From Flaccisagitta enflata (taxonomy: Eukaryota), in assembly GCA_965153355.1 (NCBI GenBank), contig OZ231126.1, positions 39,246,001 through 39,310,000 of the forward strand: DNA of 64,000 nt, written 5' to 3'. The translations under genes and the position numbers were made by a program. The notes below the pieces were generated by a model. It made no database searches, was not told where the DNA came from, and saw only the letters and a list, made by a program, of their open reading frames with translations. Every line of letters begins with the position of its first letter. Positions within the stretch are counted from its first letter, which is position 1. Positions 1 to 60,766 of the stretch are shown piece by piece.

Positions 1-380
1 AAAAAAAATCAGCTCAATCAGATTATTTTTACAGGTTTTACGGCTATGTTTAATAAACAAAAGTTATGCAAATTAATTTTTAGGCAAAACTTAAAATGGC
101 CATAAAACCTGTAAGAATAAACCGATTGAGCTGATTTTTTTTTTCAAACCCAAATAAAATTTTTCACCTGATCTATTGAGATAGGTTAGAACTTTGAAAA
201 ATAAAGTCTTGATACGGTCAAGTCGCAAGTTGAAGTTTAAGAGATGCAAACATTTTCAATCAATAAAGCAACCTTTAATCACCAGAGATCTCAAATATTT
301 TATGATACAAACAAAATTAAGGTACCTAAAATCTATCATCCAGCCTAGGTCGTCATTGCTCCCATCGTACTGTACTTATG

Positions 381-997
381 CACTACTGTCTGACGACCAA
401 TCCAGGGTGAGATTGACATTACAGTTGTTTTTTTCGCAGTTTTGCCAAGCTCATGTGTGTACAATACAGGAACTATCGAGAGGAAAATCTTTCCTGGAGC
501 GCTTTTTGAAAAAAATCAATTTTTTACCTTAAGGAAAGGTGCTGTTAATACAGATTCTTGTGGGTTGTATTGACTCATTTTTGGATTCCATATTGTTATT
601 CTATGCAAAATTTCCTTTCATTTGATAGGTCACACTACATGGTTTCATACAGAAAGAAAGTTTTCATATTTTGAGCCACCGTTACTTTTTTGTAACAGTG
701 ACTCAAAAAATGAAAATTTAAATTCTTTGCAAAAGTATAGAGTGCGACATATTAAATGAAAGAGAATTTTGACTAGATTAACAATATGTAATCAAAAATT
801 GAGTCAATACAACTCACAAGAATCTGTATTCCCACCACCTTACCTTTACATGAAAAATCGATTTTTTTTCAAAAAGCGCTCCAGGAAAGATTTCCCCTTT
901 GATGGTTCTTGTATTGTACACACATGAACTTGGCAAAACTGCGAAAAAACTCACTGTAATGTCAATCTCACCCTGGATTGGTCGTCAGACAGTAGTG
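381..997. mobile_element. MITE/foldback, Chapaev-like (CMC superfamily)
   Basis: Long inverted arms beginning CACTACTGTCTGACG and ending CGTCAGACAGTAGTG; 4-bp direct repeat TATG at 377-380 and 998-1001. Confidence 0.8.
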
Positions 998-1515
998 TAT
1001 GAGAAGTGAAAAGAATGGACGTAAATTTTACATTGTAAAATTGATGGATTTTTAAACAGAATTGATTTTTGTGCATTGACATGTCTTGAGTAAAAAACCA
1101 AATCCGTCGCTTGATGTAAAATTTTGCATATTAAAAAACATGGCATCAGTCTAAACACTTCTGACAAACACTGAAACAGGCCATGTTCATCGAAATGCAA
1201 ACTTTTGCATTCAGAGACAGATTTGGTTTTTTACGTGGCAACATTAATGTTTTGCGTGCAATCTTTTTAAAAAAATCTGTTGTTTCACTGCGTATGCCAG
1301 AACTTTACCGATGCGAGATCAATACCATTGATCAGTTAGCCTTTTTTAACTTAATTTAGACAGTATGATGCATGCATAAGACTTTACTTTTGGTTACATT
1401 TTCCCTGCATAGCAGCATATTCCATTATAGAACAGAATGATTTGTTAAATGTGACGGTGTTCTGCACGGTGACATAAATCATTATTAAATGTGTACAAGT
1501 AAACGAGGCCAAGTA

Positions 1516-2219
1516 ACAGGGTGTCCAATGAATTTGGCAAAATTTCAAAGAAAACATTAAAATCTATTCTGAACTGATTTTTTTCCATCAAAAAAATGAT
1601 CAAACATAAGGGTTAGTTTGTTGTGAATACCTATTATCCAATAGGCAGTAAAAATCCAAACAAGGATGAAGAGGTTCATTTGAAATGGTCTGGAAAAAAA
1701 TAACTTTTATGGACAAACAAAAATTGATGGTTGATTTTGAATTATTCTTTCTTCAATGCCCTGAGCCAAGTAAGATGGACTGTCCTGCTTCAATGATGTA
1801 TTCCCACTTATTTCTTGTTCAAATTTGGATAATAGATTTGATGCCAAAGGTAGCTTAAAGGTTGCTTTCCTCTCTGATTTTTTATTGGTAACAAGGCCAA
1901 GTAGGCCAATAGGTGCGACAGTGTGGATCGTCGAACGAATGCGTTACCAACCAACTGACCGACCGACCAACCAACCAACCAACGGACACAGCCAGTTATA
2001 GAGGTGCATTGTCGCACCTAAAAATGCCACAAAATTAAAAAGTTTGTCCCTGGCGTAATTCCTTTCCTTTCAAACCTGGGGAACCCTCATGAATAACTGC
2101 GCTTTCGAACATCTAATAGAACTAATTCAGAGGATGTATACCAAACTTCAAATTGCTGGGTCGCTTAGAGGTATGGTTTATGTGCAATTATGTTTTTGCC
2201 AAATTTATTGGACACCCTG
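1516..2219. mobile_element. Non-autonomous TIR element (ACAGGGTG termini, Tc1/mariner-like) carrying a nested HINE
   Basis: ACAGGGTGTCCAATGAATTTGGCAAAA ... TTTTGCCAAATTTATTGGACACCCTG. Confidence 0.7.
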
Positions 2220-2379
2220 CTTAAGGTGTGGATCGTCAAGCGATTGCGTTAACGACCGACTGACCGACCAACCAATCGAAACACACAGCCTCTTATAGAA
2301 TTGTCATGTCATTGCTAAAGAGTAATGTATCTTTGAATGCGACAAAATGACAAGATGGCCTACGTATGCTGTACATTAC

Positions 2380-36884
<34,505 letters not shown>

Positions 36885-37200
36885 ATTGACATCACTAAAC
36901 TAATGATGGATGAAGGAAGTAAAAAGAATGAGTCAATGAGTAAAATGAATGAATGAATGAATGAATGAATGAATGAATGAATGAATGAATGAAAAAATGA
37001 ATGAATAAATGAATGAATGAATGAATGAATGAATAAATGAATGAATGAATGAATGAATGAATGAATAAATGAATGAATGAATGAATGAATGAATGAATGA
37101 ATGAATGAATGAATGAATGAATGAATGAATAAAAGAATAAAAGAGTGACTGAATCAAGCAAGTGGAATGTTCATTCGCCCCACGAACGTAAGTGTGAGGT

Positions 37201-37499
37201 AACAAGCCCGACCGGGCAACGATGCGTCCTGACAGCGTCCTTACGTGGAGCGAAATTCGCGCTGATTGTGTTAGATAAATGGATGAACAGACTTAACAGA
37301 GAGACAAACTGCTGGATTATCTGACATAAGGGTCAAAGAAGTCTCCCAAAACACGTGTATCGATCGTTTAATTCAGTATACGATCTCGCCGTGGCCAAAA
37401 ACAGCTGAGAAACGCGATTTTTAAAGAGGCGTAACGGACGGACGGACGGACGGACGGACGGACGGACAGACCCTCTTATAGAGATGCGAGGACGCATCT
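37201..37499 (-). mobile_element. HINE-like element, family C
   Basis: AGATGCGTCCTCGCATCT hairpin plus (GTCC)n; near-identical copy at 19704-20044. Confidence 0.75.
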
Positions 37500-37978
37500 A
37501 AAACAAGTGACGCGGGTATACAATCTCGTTGCAGATGGATGAGCAGACTCGTACAACCACCTTCCACACCCCCTCCATACCCCATGACATACACACAATC
37601 GCAACTCAAACGTGCGTTTCCACTCTTTAACTCGTTCATCATCTAAACCCATGGATGGACCAATGGGCGGACCCATGGACGAACCTACACACCAACGGAG
37701 GCACAAAACCATTTAAAGAATCGCAAGTCCACGACCAAAAACGATGGCAACTGCAGCGAGTTGGTATAGACTGGCTAAACAACTAGAGCTAACTACGAAT
37801 GAATGAATGAATGAATGAATGAATGAATGAATGAATGAATGAATGAATGAATGAATGAATGAATGAATGAATGAATGAATGAATGAATCAATGAATCAAT
37901 GAATGAATGAATCAATGAATTAATGGATATATGGAAGAATAAAAATCTTAAAAGAGTATGGGTCCGCGACTGGGGTCA

Positions 37979-38375
37979 TACGGCGTTGTCATACGGCGTT
38001 GTCATACGGCGTTGTCATACGGCGTTGTCAAACGGCGTTGTCAAACGGCGTTGTCAAACGGCGTTGTCAAACGGCGTTGTCAAACGGCGTTGTCAAACGG
38101 CGTTGTCAAACGGCGTTGTCAAACGGCGTTGTCAAACGGCGTTGTCAAACGGCGTTGTCAAACGGCGTTGTCAAACGGCGTTGTCAAACGGCGTTGTCAA
38201 AAGGCGTTGTCAAAAGGCGTTGTCAAAAGGCGTTGTCAAAAGGCGTTGTCAAAAGGCGTTGTCAAACGGCGTTGTCAAACGGCGTTGTCAAACGGCGTTG
38301 TCAAACGGCGTTGTCAAACGGCGTTGTCAAATGGCGTTGTCAAACGGCGTTGTCAAATGGCGTTGTCAAATGGCG
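37979..38375. repeat. 13-bp tandem array (ACGGCGTTGTCAA), about 30 copies
   Basis: Directly visible; produces spurious RRCQTALSNGVVK ORFs in all three plus frames. Confidence 0.95.
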
Positions 38376-38394
38376 GTTTAGCCAGTCTGGCCAG

Positions 38395-39170
38395 TTAGCA
38401 TGCTATAATCTTTACAAATCAAATACATATGTTGAGTCCTTCCATTTAGAGACAACATACCAAGTTTTAACCAAATCAGTTGAAAAATGCCAAAGTTATG
38501 CACGTTTTTCACTTTTAGGCTGGTGGGCGGGTAGGCTGGTTTGGCCGGTTAGCATTCTAAAATCTTTACAATTCAAATACATATGTTGAGTTCTTCCATT
38601 TAGGGACTACATATCAAATTTTAACCAAATCGGTAGAAAAATGCCGAAGTTATGCACGTTTTTCACTATTAGGCTGGTTGGGTGGTAGGCCGGTTTGGCC
38701 GGTTAGCATGCTAAAATCTTTACAAATCAAATACATATGTTGAGTCCTTCCATTTAGACACTACATACCAAGTTTTAACCAAATCGGTTGAAAAATGCCA
38801 AAGTTATGCACGTTTTTCACTTTTAGGCTGGTTGGGTGGTAGGCCGGTTTGGCCGGTTAGCATGCTAAAATCTTTACGAATAGAATACATATGTTGAGTC
38901 CTTCCATTTAGAGACTACATACCAAGTTTTAACCAAATTGGTTGAAAAATGCCAAAGTTATGCACGTTTTTCACTTTTAGGCCAGTAGGCTGGTTGGGTG
39001 GTAGGCCTGTTTGGCCGGTTAGCATGCTAAAATCTTTACAATTCAAATACATATGTTGAGTTCTTCCATTTAGGGACTACATACCAAATTTTAACCAAAT
39101 CGGTAGAAAAATGCCGAAGTTATGCACGTTTTTCACTTTAAGGCTGGTAGGCTGGTTGGGACGGTTGGGT
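38395..39170. repeat. About 154-bp tandem repeat, about 5 copies
   Basis: The TTAGCAT anchor recurs at 38395, 38549, 38703, 38857 and 39019. Confidence 0.9.
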
Positions 39171-39637
39171 GGGTCGGATCATAACATACGCATAGGCTGC
39201 AAAGCGGCTTACCCTAATACAACTTCCCTCCAAATATGAAGCAAATCGGTCAAGGCGTTCAAAAGTTAGCCCATTTTTAAAAGTGTGGACGACGACGACA
39301 ACGACGACGACGACGACACCCACCTCGAATTATAGTCCGCGTCGGAATGGTATTCCGTCGCGGACAAAAAAAGAATACAAGAAAAAACGTTGGTTTCTTT
39401 AAACGGGAGCAAAATAAAATTGTGTTTGCGATATATAATTATATATAATTATGGCCGAATGAAAACAAACCAGTCGCGCACGGTTGAGGATAGGCATGGC
39501 AGGAATACCCATTGCCCAATGACACAAAAGAGGGCAGGTATGACAGACCATTCGACGTGGACGGATAGACCGATAAACACAGTGAGGATAAAGCCTGGTA
39601 CACGATCCGTTACAGACTGAAATTCTAAGATGTTTTT

Positions 39638-39808
39638 AGTTGCGGACACGCAACTCTATAAGAGGCTTTGTCCGTCCGTCCGTCCGTCCGTCCGTCCGTC
39701 CGTCCGTCCGTCGGTCCGTCCGTAACCATCGAGTCGAAAAGTGGGAAAACGCGCATTTCCGCCCCTGCCCACCCATCCGCAACTGATGGCCGTGTATCCG
39801 GCCTTGTT
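39638..39808 (+). mobile_element. HINE/DINE-1-like element, family A
   Basis: T-run, hairpin AGTTGCGGACACGCAACT, (GTCC)n, subterminal TCCGCAACT, stem-loop GGCCGTGTATCCGGCC, TTGTT. Confidence 0.75.
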
Positions 39809-40720
39809 AATCTTAATCTTATCTTAATGATAGTAGAAAAAATTGGCCGGCATTCACGCATTCACGCAGTAATACAAGATGATGATGCAAGCACGATAAT
39901 CAGCCAAGAGCCAGCATTAAGAGCTGAGGGTCCGATGGACAATCTGGCCGAAAGAAGAAAACAAGGCCAACACCTATAGTCGCGAGACTTACAGATTGAC
40001 TTAGAATGACTTAGAATGACTCAGTATACTCTTAAATGACTTTAAATGAATTGAAAAAAAAGTAAAAGTGTGACCAACAGACCGACCGACTGACCGACGG
40101 ACGGACGGACGGATGGACATAGCGGGGTGTAGAGTCGCGTGCACGCGACTAAAAAACTGTTTTGTCAGTTATTAAACGAACGCATATATGTTCGGTTTGC
40201 ATGTTGATATAAAAACGAAGAAACGGCAACCAACGAATGCGCCCTCATGAAACACTGTGGCAACGGAGGTTAACCACGACCGGCATGGCACAACCTTACC
40301 ACAGATTTATGTTTCAAGTCTTGAGGATAATGGCTGATTTCGGGAACCGGCGGCCAAATAATTATGTTCACACCCTGTGACTAGACTCTGTGACTAGGCT
40401 AGTGATCCAAGTGAGTCATCTAAAAATGGGTGATTTTATACGTACGTATCCTTTTTTCTATGCGTGATTATGCAAAAAATTGGCAAACTTAGTCGCGGAC
40501 GGTTGGGCAGGGGATGTATTGATCAGACCGTTATGATCGACGCGGCAAAAGTATAAACATCTGCATTTCCATCCCCGCCTACCGTTTGCGACGATATTGT
40601 GCCCCGCGTTACTTCATATAATTATATGCCCCTATCAAATCCCAGCTCTTTCATTTTCTTTCGTTACAATCTGGTTCATCAAAAACAACGCAACACTGCA
40701 CTGCTCGATGTTCCTTTTTT

Positions 40721-41719
40721 AGATGCGTCCTCGCATCTCTATAAGAGGGTGTGTCCCTTGGTCTGCGTGTCTGCGTGTCTGTGTGTCTGTGTGTCTGTAT
40801 GAAATAGGAAAATTTCAAAACGCGATTTCCAAGGTTTTCGCTTTATTTCTCTTCATGTATCTTCTTGTCTCTTATATTTCTTTTGTCTGTTTCATCTCTT
40901 TCGTCTCTTTTGTCTCTTATGTCTCCTATATGTCTCTTATGTCTCCTATATGTCTCTTATGTCTCCTATATGTCTCTTATATCTCTTATGTCTCATATTT
41001 CTCTTATGTATCTTAGGTCTCTTATGTCTCTTATGTCTCTTATGTATCTTATGTCTCTTATGTCTCTTTGTATCTTTAGTCTCCTATATGTCTCCTATAC
41101 GTCTCATATGTCTCTTATATGTCTTATATGTCTCTTATATCTCTTATATCTCATTTCTCTCATAACTCTTATATCTATCATATCTCTTATGTCTCTTTTA
41201 TCTTTTATATCTCTTAGGTCTCTTAGGTCTCTTATGTCTCGTATATCTCCTATGTCTCTTATGTCTCTTATGTCTATTATGTCTCTTCATGTCTCTATAT
41301 GTCTCTTATGTCTCCTCATGCTCTCTCATGTCTCTTCATGTCTCTCCATATCTCTCCATGTCTCTCCAAGTCCCTTCATGTCTCTTCGTGAGGATGAGGT
41401 GGAAAGTGTGGGGAGGCGTGGGGGCAGGGGTGAGGAGTGGGGAGGCGTGGGGGAGGGGGGAGGGGTGGGGAGGCGGGGAGGGGTGGGGAGGAGTGGGGGG
41501 AGGGGTGGGGAGGCGTAGGGGGGAGGGATGGGGAGGCGTGGGGGGGAGAGGTGGGGAGGCGGGGGGGGGGAAGAGAGGAATCAGTTTATATTTTTCTCTT
41601 TATCTCTGAATCATTATATTTTCATTATCATATCTTAATATCTTTAAATCTCAATAATTTGTATGATAAAATCTAACGTCCAAAGAGGACGCATCTATTG
41701 GACATCTCTTGGCCTTGTT
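40721..41719 (+). mobile_element. HINE-like family C-related long copy with internal simple repeats
   Basis: AGATGCGTCCTCGCATCT at the 5' end; GAGGACGCATCT...GGCCTTGTT at the 3' end; internal (ATGTCTCTT)n and a G-rich tract. Confidence 0.65.
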
Positions 41720-42838
41720 TATGATTTTTTAAGGGGCAATAAATGATTTGTTTTACAAAATTGATTGTCACTAATTGGGTAAAAAAATGAATTTATGATT
41801 TGAACTTTTCCATAAGCTTTTAAAAATCTATATACATGCATACATATGTATGAAATGTGGAACAATATCCCTCACTATACCCAAACTGAAATAAATGGAA
41901 GAAGGCCCTGTGAACCCTTATTGACTAGTTAATACGCGGATATGCGCGTTTTCCCACGTTTCGACTCGTGCTGACGGACGGACGGACGGACCGACGGACC
42001 AACGAACGGACGGACAAAGCCTCTTATAGAGTTGCGTGTCTGCAACTGAAAATTCCGATTTGATTCAAGTTTTTTCATGAACGGAACTATACTTTTAGCT
42101 CTCTTTTATATGGACGGCTTACTTTGGGATAAGTTCTTATTTGCTAAAAACATTTAGTAATTTTCTATTTCTCTTCTATCGCCTTTGATATACAATCATT
42201 TTGGTATCCTCTCAAAGGCCCCAGTGATTTTTCATGTGGTTTTTTTTAGGATCCACGTTTCTCGATGAGATACCGTATTCTTCAATAGTAAAAAAAGACA
42301 TGTAACGGCAATCTTAGGTAGGCCTGCTTACTTTTTATTTATCAGTACCAACTTATCCTTCCTGGGAGGCCGAAGTTATGAAATACAGTTGAGCTTCGTA
42401 AGAGCGCATGTTGGGAGACTGGGCGAAATTGTGCCTTATTCTTTTTGGCCTCCAAGGTATTTTAAATACTGAGTGGAGCTGCCGAAATAACATAGAAATA
42501 AAAAAAAAGTATGGGACAGTAAGGTCTATGCTTTTTAGGCGGGTATGCCTTTGTAGTACCAGTGCACCTACCTTTCATTACAGTTATCCTTCGCTAAAGC
42601 TTCTATTAATGGACTGGATATTGTAAGTCCCTGTTAAAAATGCACCACCTTTAAAGTCTGAAAGGCAAGGTGGCAACTGTGAATGCGCCTTTCTCAGCGT
42701 CACCAGTCATCAATCAGTCAAACTGAAGATTTTCTAGTAGATATGCATGTCTACCAGAAACTACACTGTCAAGCTAATTGCGGTCACGACACATGATACA
42801 CAACTTGTCACTGATACCCCTCATTTTCAGGAAAGCTA

Positions 42839-43426
42839 ACAGGGTGTGCAAAATTCTCCACAATTTGCACTTAATTTTCTTAAAAACCAAAGAGGATAAT
42901 GATTTTTAAAAATATAAGTGGCAAGTATGAAAAAGTTTTTTTTTATTCAAAACTAAAATTCGCAAAGTCAAAGACACAGCAGGTAAATTTCATAGTAATG
43001 AAGCACTCCTTATAAAGATTTATCAAAATATTTTAAAATTCTGTTATTAATGTTTCTTGTACTTTAGGCCTAATTCATTTGCTTTAATGAACTCCATTCA
43101 TAAGGGTATAATCAACCTCCTTCAGCATAACATGTGCCATGTAAAGAAGATCATTTTTGAGAAGTCACAAATACAATAACATATGATTTTATAACTTTTT
43201 TTGCCAATAAAATAAAATCCTGTCAAAACCAAAATCTTTGCTTCAAATCATTTGACTCCCATAGTGACAAGGGGGACAGAAAATACCTGCAATCAATTCT
43301 AGCTTCTAGCTTCGAGCTTCTAGCTTCTAACTGGGGCACTCTTGTCCAAATTTCACAGTGCTGGGTCACTTTTAAGTACAGTTTTTTTTTCCATGAAGCA
43401 ATTGCGGATAATTTTGCCCACCCTGT
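42839..43426. mobile_element. MITE with ACAGGGTG termini and TA flanks
   Basis: TA|ACAGGGTGTGCAAAATT...AATTTTGCCCACCCTGT|TA. Confidence 0.7.
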
Positions 43427-44828
43427 TAGAAAATGTGTGTGACGCAGTCGAAAGTTTTCCTATTCATGTCCAGGCTTCATTATTTTTGGTTTACCGCTTG
43501 TCACTTCATTACTTCGTTCCTCTTTTCTGTCTGTTGTCCTCCCTCTCTGTCCCTTTCTGTACGTGAGTGTTCTACTGTCTGTATAGCTCTGTCTGTCTCT
43601 GTCTTTCTCTCTTTCTCTCGGGAGTTTATAAAATTGAGTTGATTCCTCCCCTTTGATTTTCTTCCCAGTCTATGATCTCCATCCCTTCAAAGCATAAAAA
43701 CATTATATTCTAGGTTCAATCAGTGTGTAACTATGTTGTACAAATCAGGTTTGGTGATTTGGCACTGCCAAAAATTTCGTTTTTTTCTCTTAATCCCCTC
43801 TTTTTGGCTGCGGCCCCAAAGGGTCGATGACCTATGTTTCCACACATGAGGGGAATTTTCTCCTCCTCCTCCGCCCCTCTCAGCATTCGGTCAAATTCTG
43901 CCAAATTCTGCCAAATTCTGTCACATTCTGCCAAATTTTGCCAAATGCTGCTGAATTCTGCCCAATTCCGCCCAATTCGACCAAATTTGACCAAATTTTG
44001 CCACATTCTCCCATATTCTGCTAATTTCTGTCAAATTCTGTCACATTCTGCTGGCCAAATTCACAAAATTTGCAAAGTTTGGCCGTCCTTTCTAGCTTTC
44101 AGGTGGTCGTTGAGGAGAAAATTTCTCATGTGTGTGAAAGCATAGGTCATCCATCTCTTTGTGGCCACTGCTCTGCACCCTCCCTCAATTTTAATCACAA
44201 ACTACTTCAGCAGGGCATGGGCACCGCTGACCATCTGATGCTTTTGCAACTAATCTCTTTCCCATCTCCATACCCTTTGAATTTTTTCCCAAATACTCAA
44301 TCATTTGGAAAAAAGTCGAAGAATACCTTCGGCTTTTTGAGACCTACGGCGGAAATCGATTTTCCCTTTCTTCCATGGGGAGTTTGAGGAAGTTGATGTG
44401 CTTTTCGGGCCGAATGACACTACGCATGAAATTAATAGCTAAGAAAGAGCTAAATCTCCTCTTTCAGATGACGCCAAGCAGAATTCTGTGCTATCGATAG
44501 TTTCGGAGCTATGATTTTCTGAATCTTTTTTTATTTTTTCACATTTTTCACATTTTCCCCAAAAATGAGGAATTAAGGTATTCAAGTCTATTTGAACTTC
44601 AAATTGTCCCAGATGATGATTGTGCATGCTGGCAGCAAAGTCTCTCACTCTTTTAGTCGTAGAATCTATAAGAGGCTTTGTCCATCTGTCCGTCACTCCA
44701 TTTGTTGGTCTGTTGGTCCATCAGTCTATCCATGGTGATCAAGTCAAAACTTTAAAAACAAGCATTCTCTCTCTGTCTGTCTCTCTCTCTCTGTCTCATT
44801 CTCTGTCTGTTAGTCCATCTGTCTGTCC

Positions 44829-44885
<57 letters not shown>

Positions 44886-44976
44886 CCTTTATTGGTATAC
44901 ATCCCTGTTTTCTCTAGGTTTTTTCCTTTTCCTCGGTCTTTCTCTTTGTCTCTCTTTCCGGCTCTCTCGCTCATTT

Positions 44977-45093
<117 letters not shown>

Positions 45094-46589
45094 TTCTTTC
45101 TTTCTTTCTTTCTTTGTCTCTTTCTCGCTCTCTCTTTCTTCCCATGCTTTTTAAAAAAGACAACGAATTACGTACGCGGAGACAAAGTATATTTGTATTC
45201 AGGAGTAGACAAATTAAAGGCAACTGAGTCTAAACACAATCTGATGGGCAAAAACTTTTGTAAAAACAATTCAAGACTGACTTGACATGATTAAGCTAAT
45301 ATGCATAAATAATATCATAGAAGCGAACAGAAGAAAAGAAACAAACGTCCTACCATATATATGAAGTTCATCAAAGCTCAGTGAATATGAAACGATTTCG
45401 CACTGAGACAGTGATGATTTATTTTTAAAGGGAATGAGAGAAAGAGGAATGAAGGTTTCAGCGGTTGTTTTGTTTGTTTTTTTCATGATAATCAGTCATA
45501 AGTGAGCATCGCTGATTTTTTAAATTCATATCATTCTCTTCTGGGTCAAGAAAAAAAATAATCTGGCACGAAAACAAGCAAATAGTGAATGAGAGAGAGA
45601 GAGAGAGAGAGAGAGAAGGCATGCAGTATGAATATTTTCATTATTCCTCAAAGGAAAAAAACAAAACAAAAAGGATTATTCTTTTCTCGATTACTAAGGA
45701 AAGGTAGATCACACACAAAATCAAAAGGGATTACTCGTTAATAACTACTCTTAGATGCCAAAAAAAAAACTACCATCTACGTTGATAAACACCCTTGACT
45801 AGATATAACAATGGATCTTTTTTTTTTAAATTGATAGATGATATAAGCAAGTCTTTGTAAATTCATATAAACAGGGGGATTTCCAATATCTTCATTCTAA
45901 ATCTTATTAAAAAACTGCACTAATTTACTGTAGTAAGTTTCTTGGTCGCCAACGCATAAGGAAGCACAGGGCATTAAGATAATAAATTATACCACGTCTT
46001 GTATCGCATTATTCTCTTTTAAAGAAGTCATGATGGTTCTTATTTCATGACCCGGTCAACACACAAATATTGTACTAAGACAGTTTCGACTCGGTATTGT
46101 TTGACAGCTGTGGTTCTGAGGCGTTGCCAGATGCAAAGCCTCGGAGTATTTTTTGCGTCTTATATATCTTAACTTAAGTGTCTCTGCCGATGAGGACGAG
46201 GAAATACTTGATGGTCACAAAAAATGGGAAAAAGGCAACTCATCTGGGAGAATGATTGATCATAAGGAAAACCCCAACATTGGTGAAAACTGACGATCAC
46301 GATCGATCAATTTTTTTTATAACATACAATTGCAAATTTTTTGTTAGTAAGAGTTGATTTTCGGATGAGAGTTAAGAAATTAATGGAGGGGGGGAGAGAG
46401 AATTGAATTTTTTTTATGACTAGGCTAAAAAACTAAGACAGCTCTCCATTATTGGATGATGGCAAATTTCTAGTGCGAGATAATCAAAAAAGGGGAGCAC
46501 GACATTCTAAGAATAGATATATGCTGATGATGATATCACTATCGCTAACAGAAGAGTAATGTAATGAAAATGTGAGTTGGAGAAGAAAG

Positions 46590-46680
<91 letters not shown>

Positions 46681-47353
46681 AAAAAAAAGACAGACAGACA
46701 GACAGACAGACAGCAAGGACAGGCAGGGACGGTCATCCAGAGACGGAGAGACAGACTGACAATAAGAACCAAGGCAAGAGTAAAAAGGAGAGAAATCTCT
46801 AATTACAGTTCTTCCAGGAGGAAATGAAAAATTGTCTCTTTTCCCAAAATAGAAGCCCTTTGAGGGGAAGAACCAGAATGAGAATGCAGAGAAAGAGCGT
46901 TTAGACGTTTGGTGTTGGGGGGAGATTAGCCACCCACGACGCAACCTGAACGACCTGAACTCATATTTGAAAGAATGAAAATCATTTACCAACATGAATC
47001 AATTAATTATTTAGCATTCGCTCTGTAGTCTGTACTCCGGACATGCACTGATTTTGGGCATCATGGCCTTCTTAAGCATCTTTTCTTATTCGCGTGTGGA
47101 TGAACAGAGATATCAATGCATGCATGCACATTGCACAATTGCTTGTAATCTATGTCATACAGACGGACAGACCAAGTGATGATAGGAAGGACGGACCAAC
47201 TATGGCTGGGGAAATCTCTTGTATACTCATGGTTATTTCTTTTGGTTAGTCAGAGAAAACCCTCTTTCAGCTGCATCCGATTAGCTTCTTCTCTCTTCAG
47301 GCTCCGTGCGATATAGTCTAACAATCCTTATATTGTCTTAGAATCCTCTTTTT

Positions 47354-60311
<12,958 letters not shown>

Positions 60312-60766
60312 CTGAAAGAAGGTTGAAAAGAAGGCAAGAAGGTTGAAAAGAAGGCAAGCAGGTAATGGAGGCAATAAATCTTTCTTTTTTTCATCGATGG
60401 CAACTTTAGTCATTGGCATGTCAATTACACCCGTATTATATTGGCCTGATTTTTCTTATAGAAACAAACAACGTTTGCAAAATCATAAGTAATTGATCCG
60501 TTAGTGATTATTGTTGTTTATATACAAGACATCAACATAGTTTGAAACTTATTTCGTTTGCTGATTTTGTTTTGCCGATAGAAAGCATTAATTGGTATCA
60601 CCCTATTTAAGCCCTTGGAGTGGATTCGATTTTGACTTGAGAAGGTGATGAAGGGGTGTTCGTAGCAGGCAGTAAATCCTCCCTTATAGGACCTATATTC
60701 TTCAAGATAAGAACGCAAGATTTCGAGGAAAGAAAAAAAAAACTTTTGCGCAGCATTGAAGGCGTA

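Larger units (their letters stand above)
37940..39365 (-). mobile_element. DINE-TR-like element with internal tandem repeats (family G)
   Basis: 5' hairpin GTCCGCGACGGAAT...ATTCCGACGCGGAC, (GTC)n, about 154-bp repeats, 13-bp array, subterminal GTCGCGGAC. Confidence 0.7.

Noticed and set aside
1..143. Palindromic segment at the window edge
   Set aside because: Probably the centre of another foldback element, but its left terminus is outside the window so it cannot be delimited.
1..2379. Remaining ferlin exons (WDND motif, transmembrane tail)
   Set aside because: Not found by eye; the region is transposon-derived, so they presumably lie left of the window.
37923..38589. Three overlapping repetitive ORFs with a superficial CRISPR-like periodicity
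   Set aside because: This is a pure 13-bp tandem repeat with no unique spacers and no cas genes, in eukaryotic DNA.
60312..60419. Upstream ATG of the 1376-aa ORF (MPMTKVAID...)
   Set aside because: The intervening sequence is a pyrimidine-rich acceptor tract ending tttcag, so it is more likely intron; the true start is unresolved.
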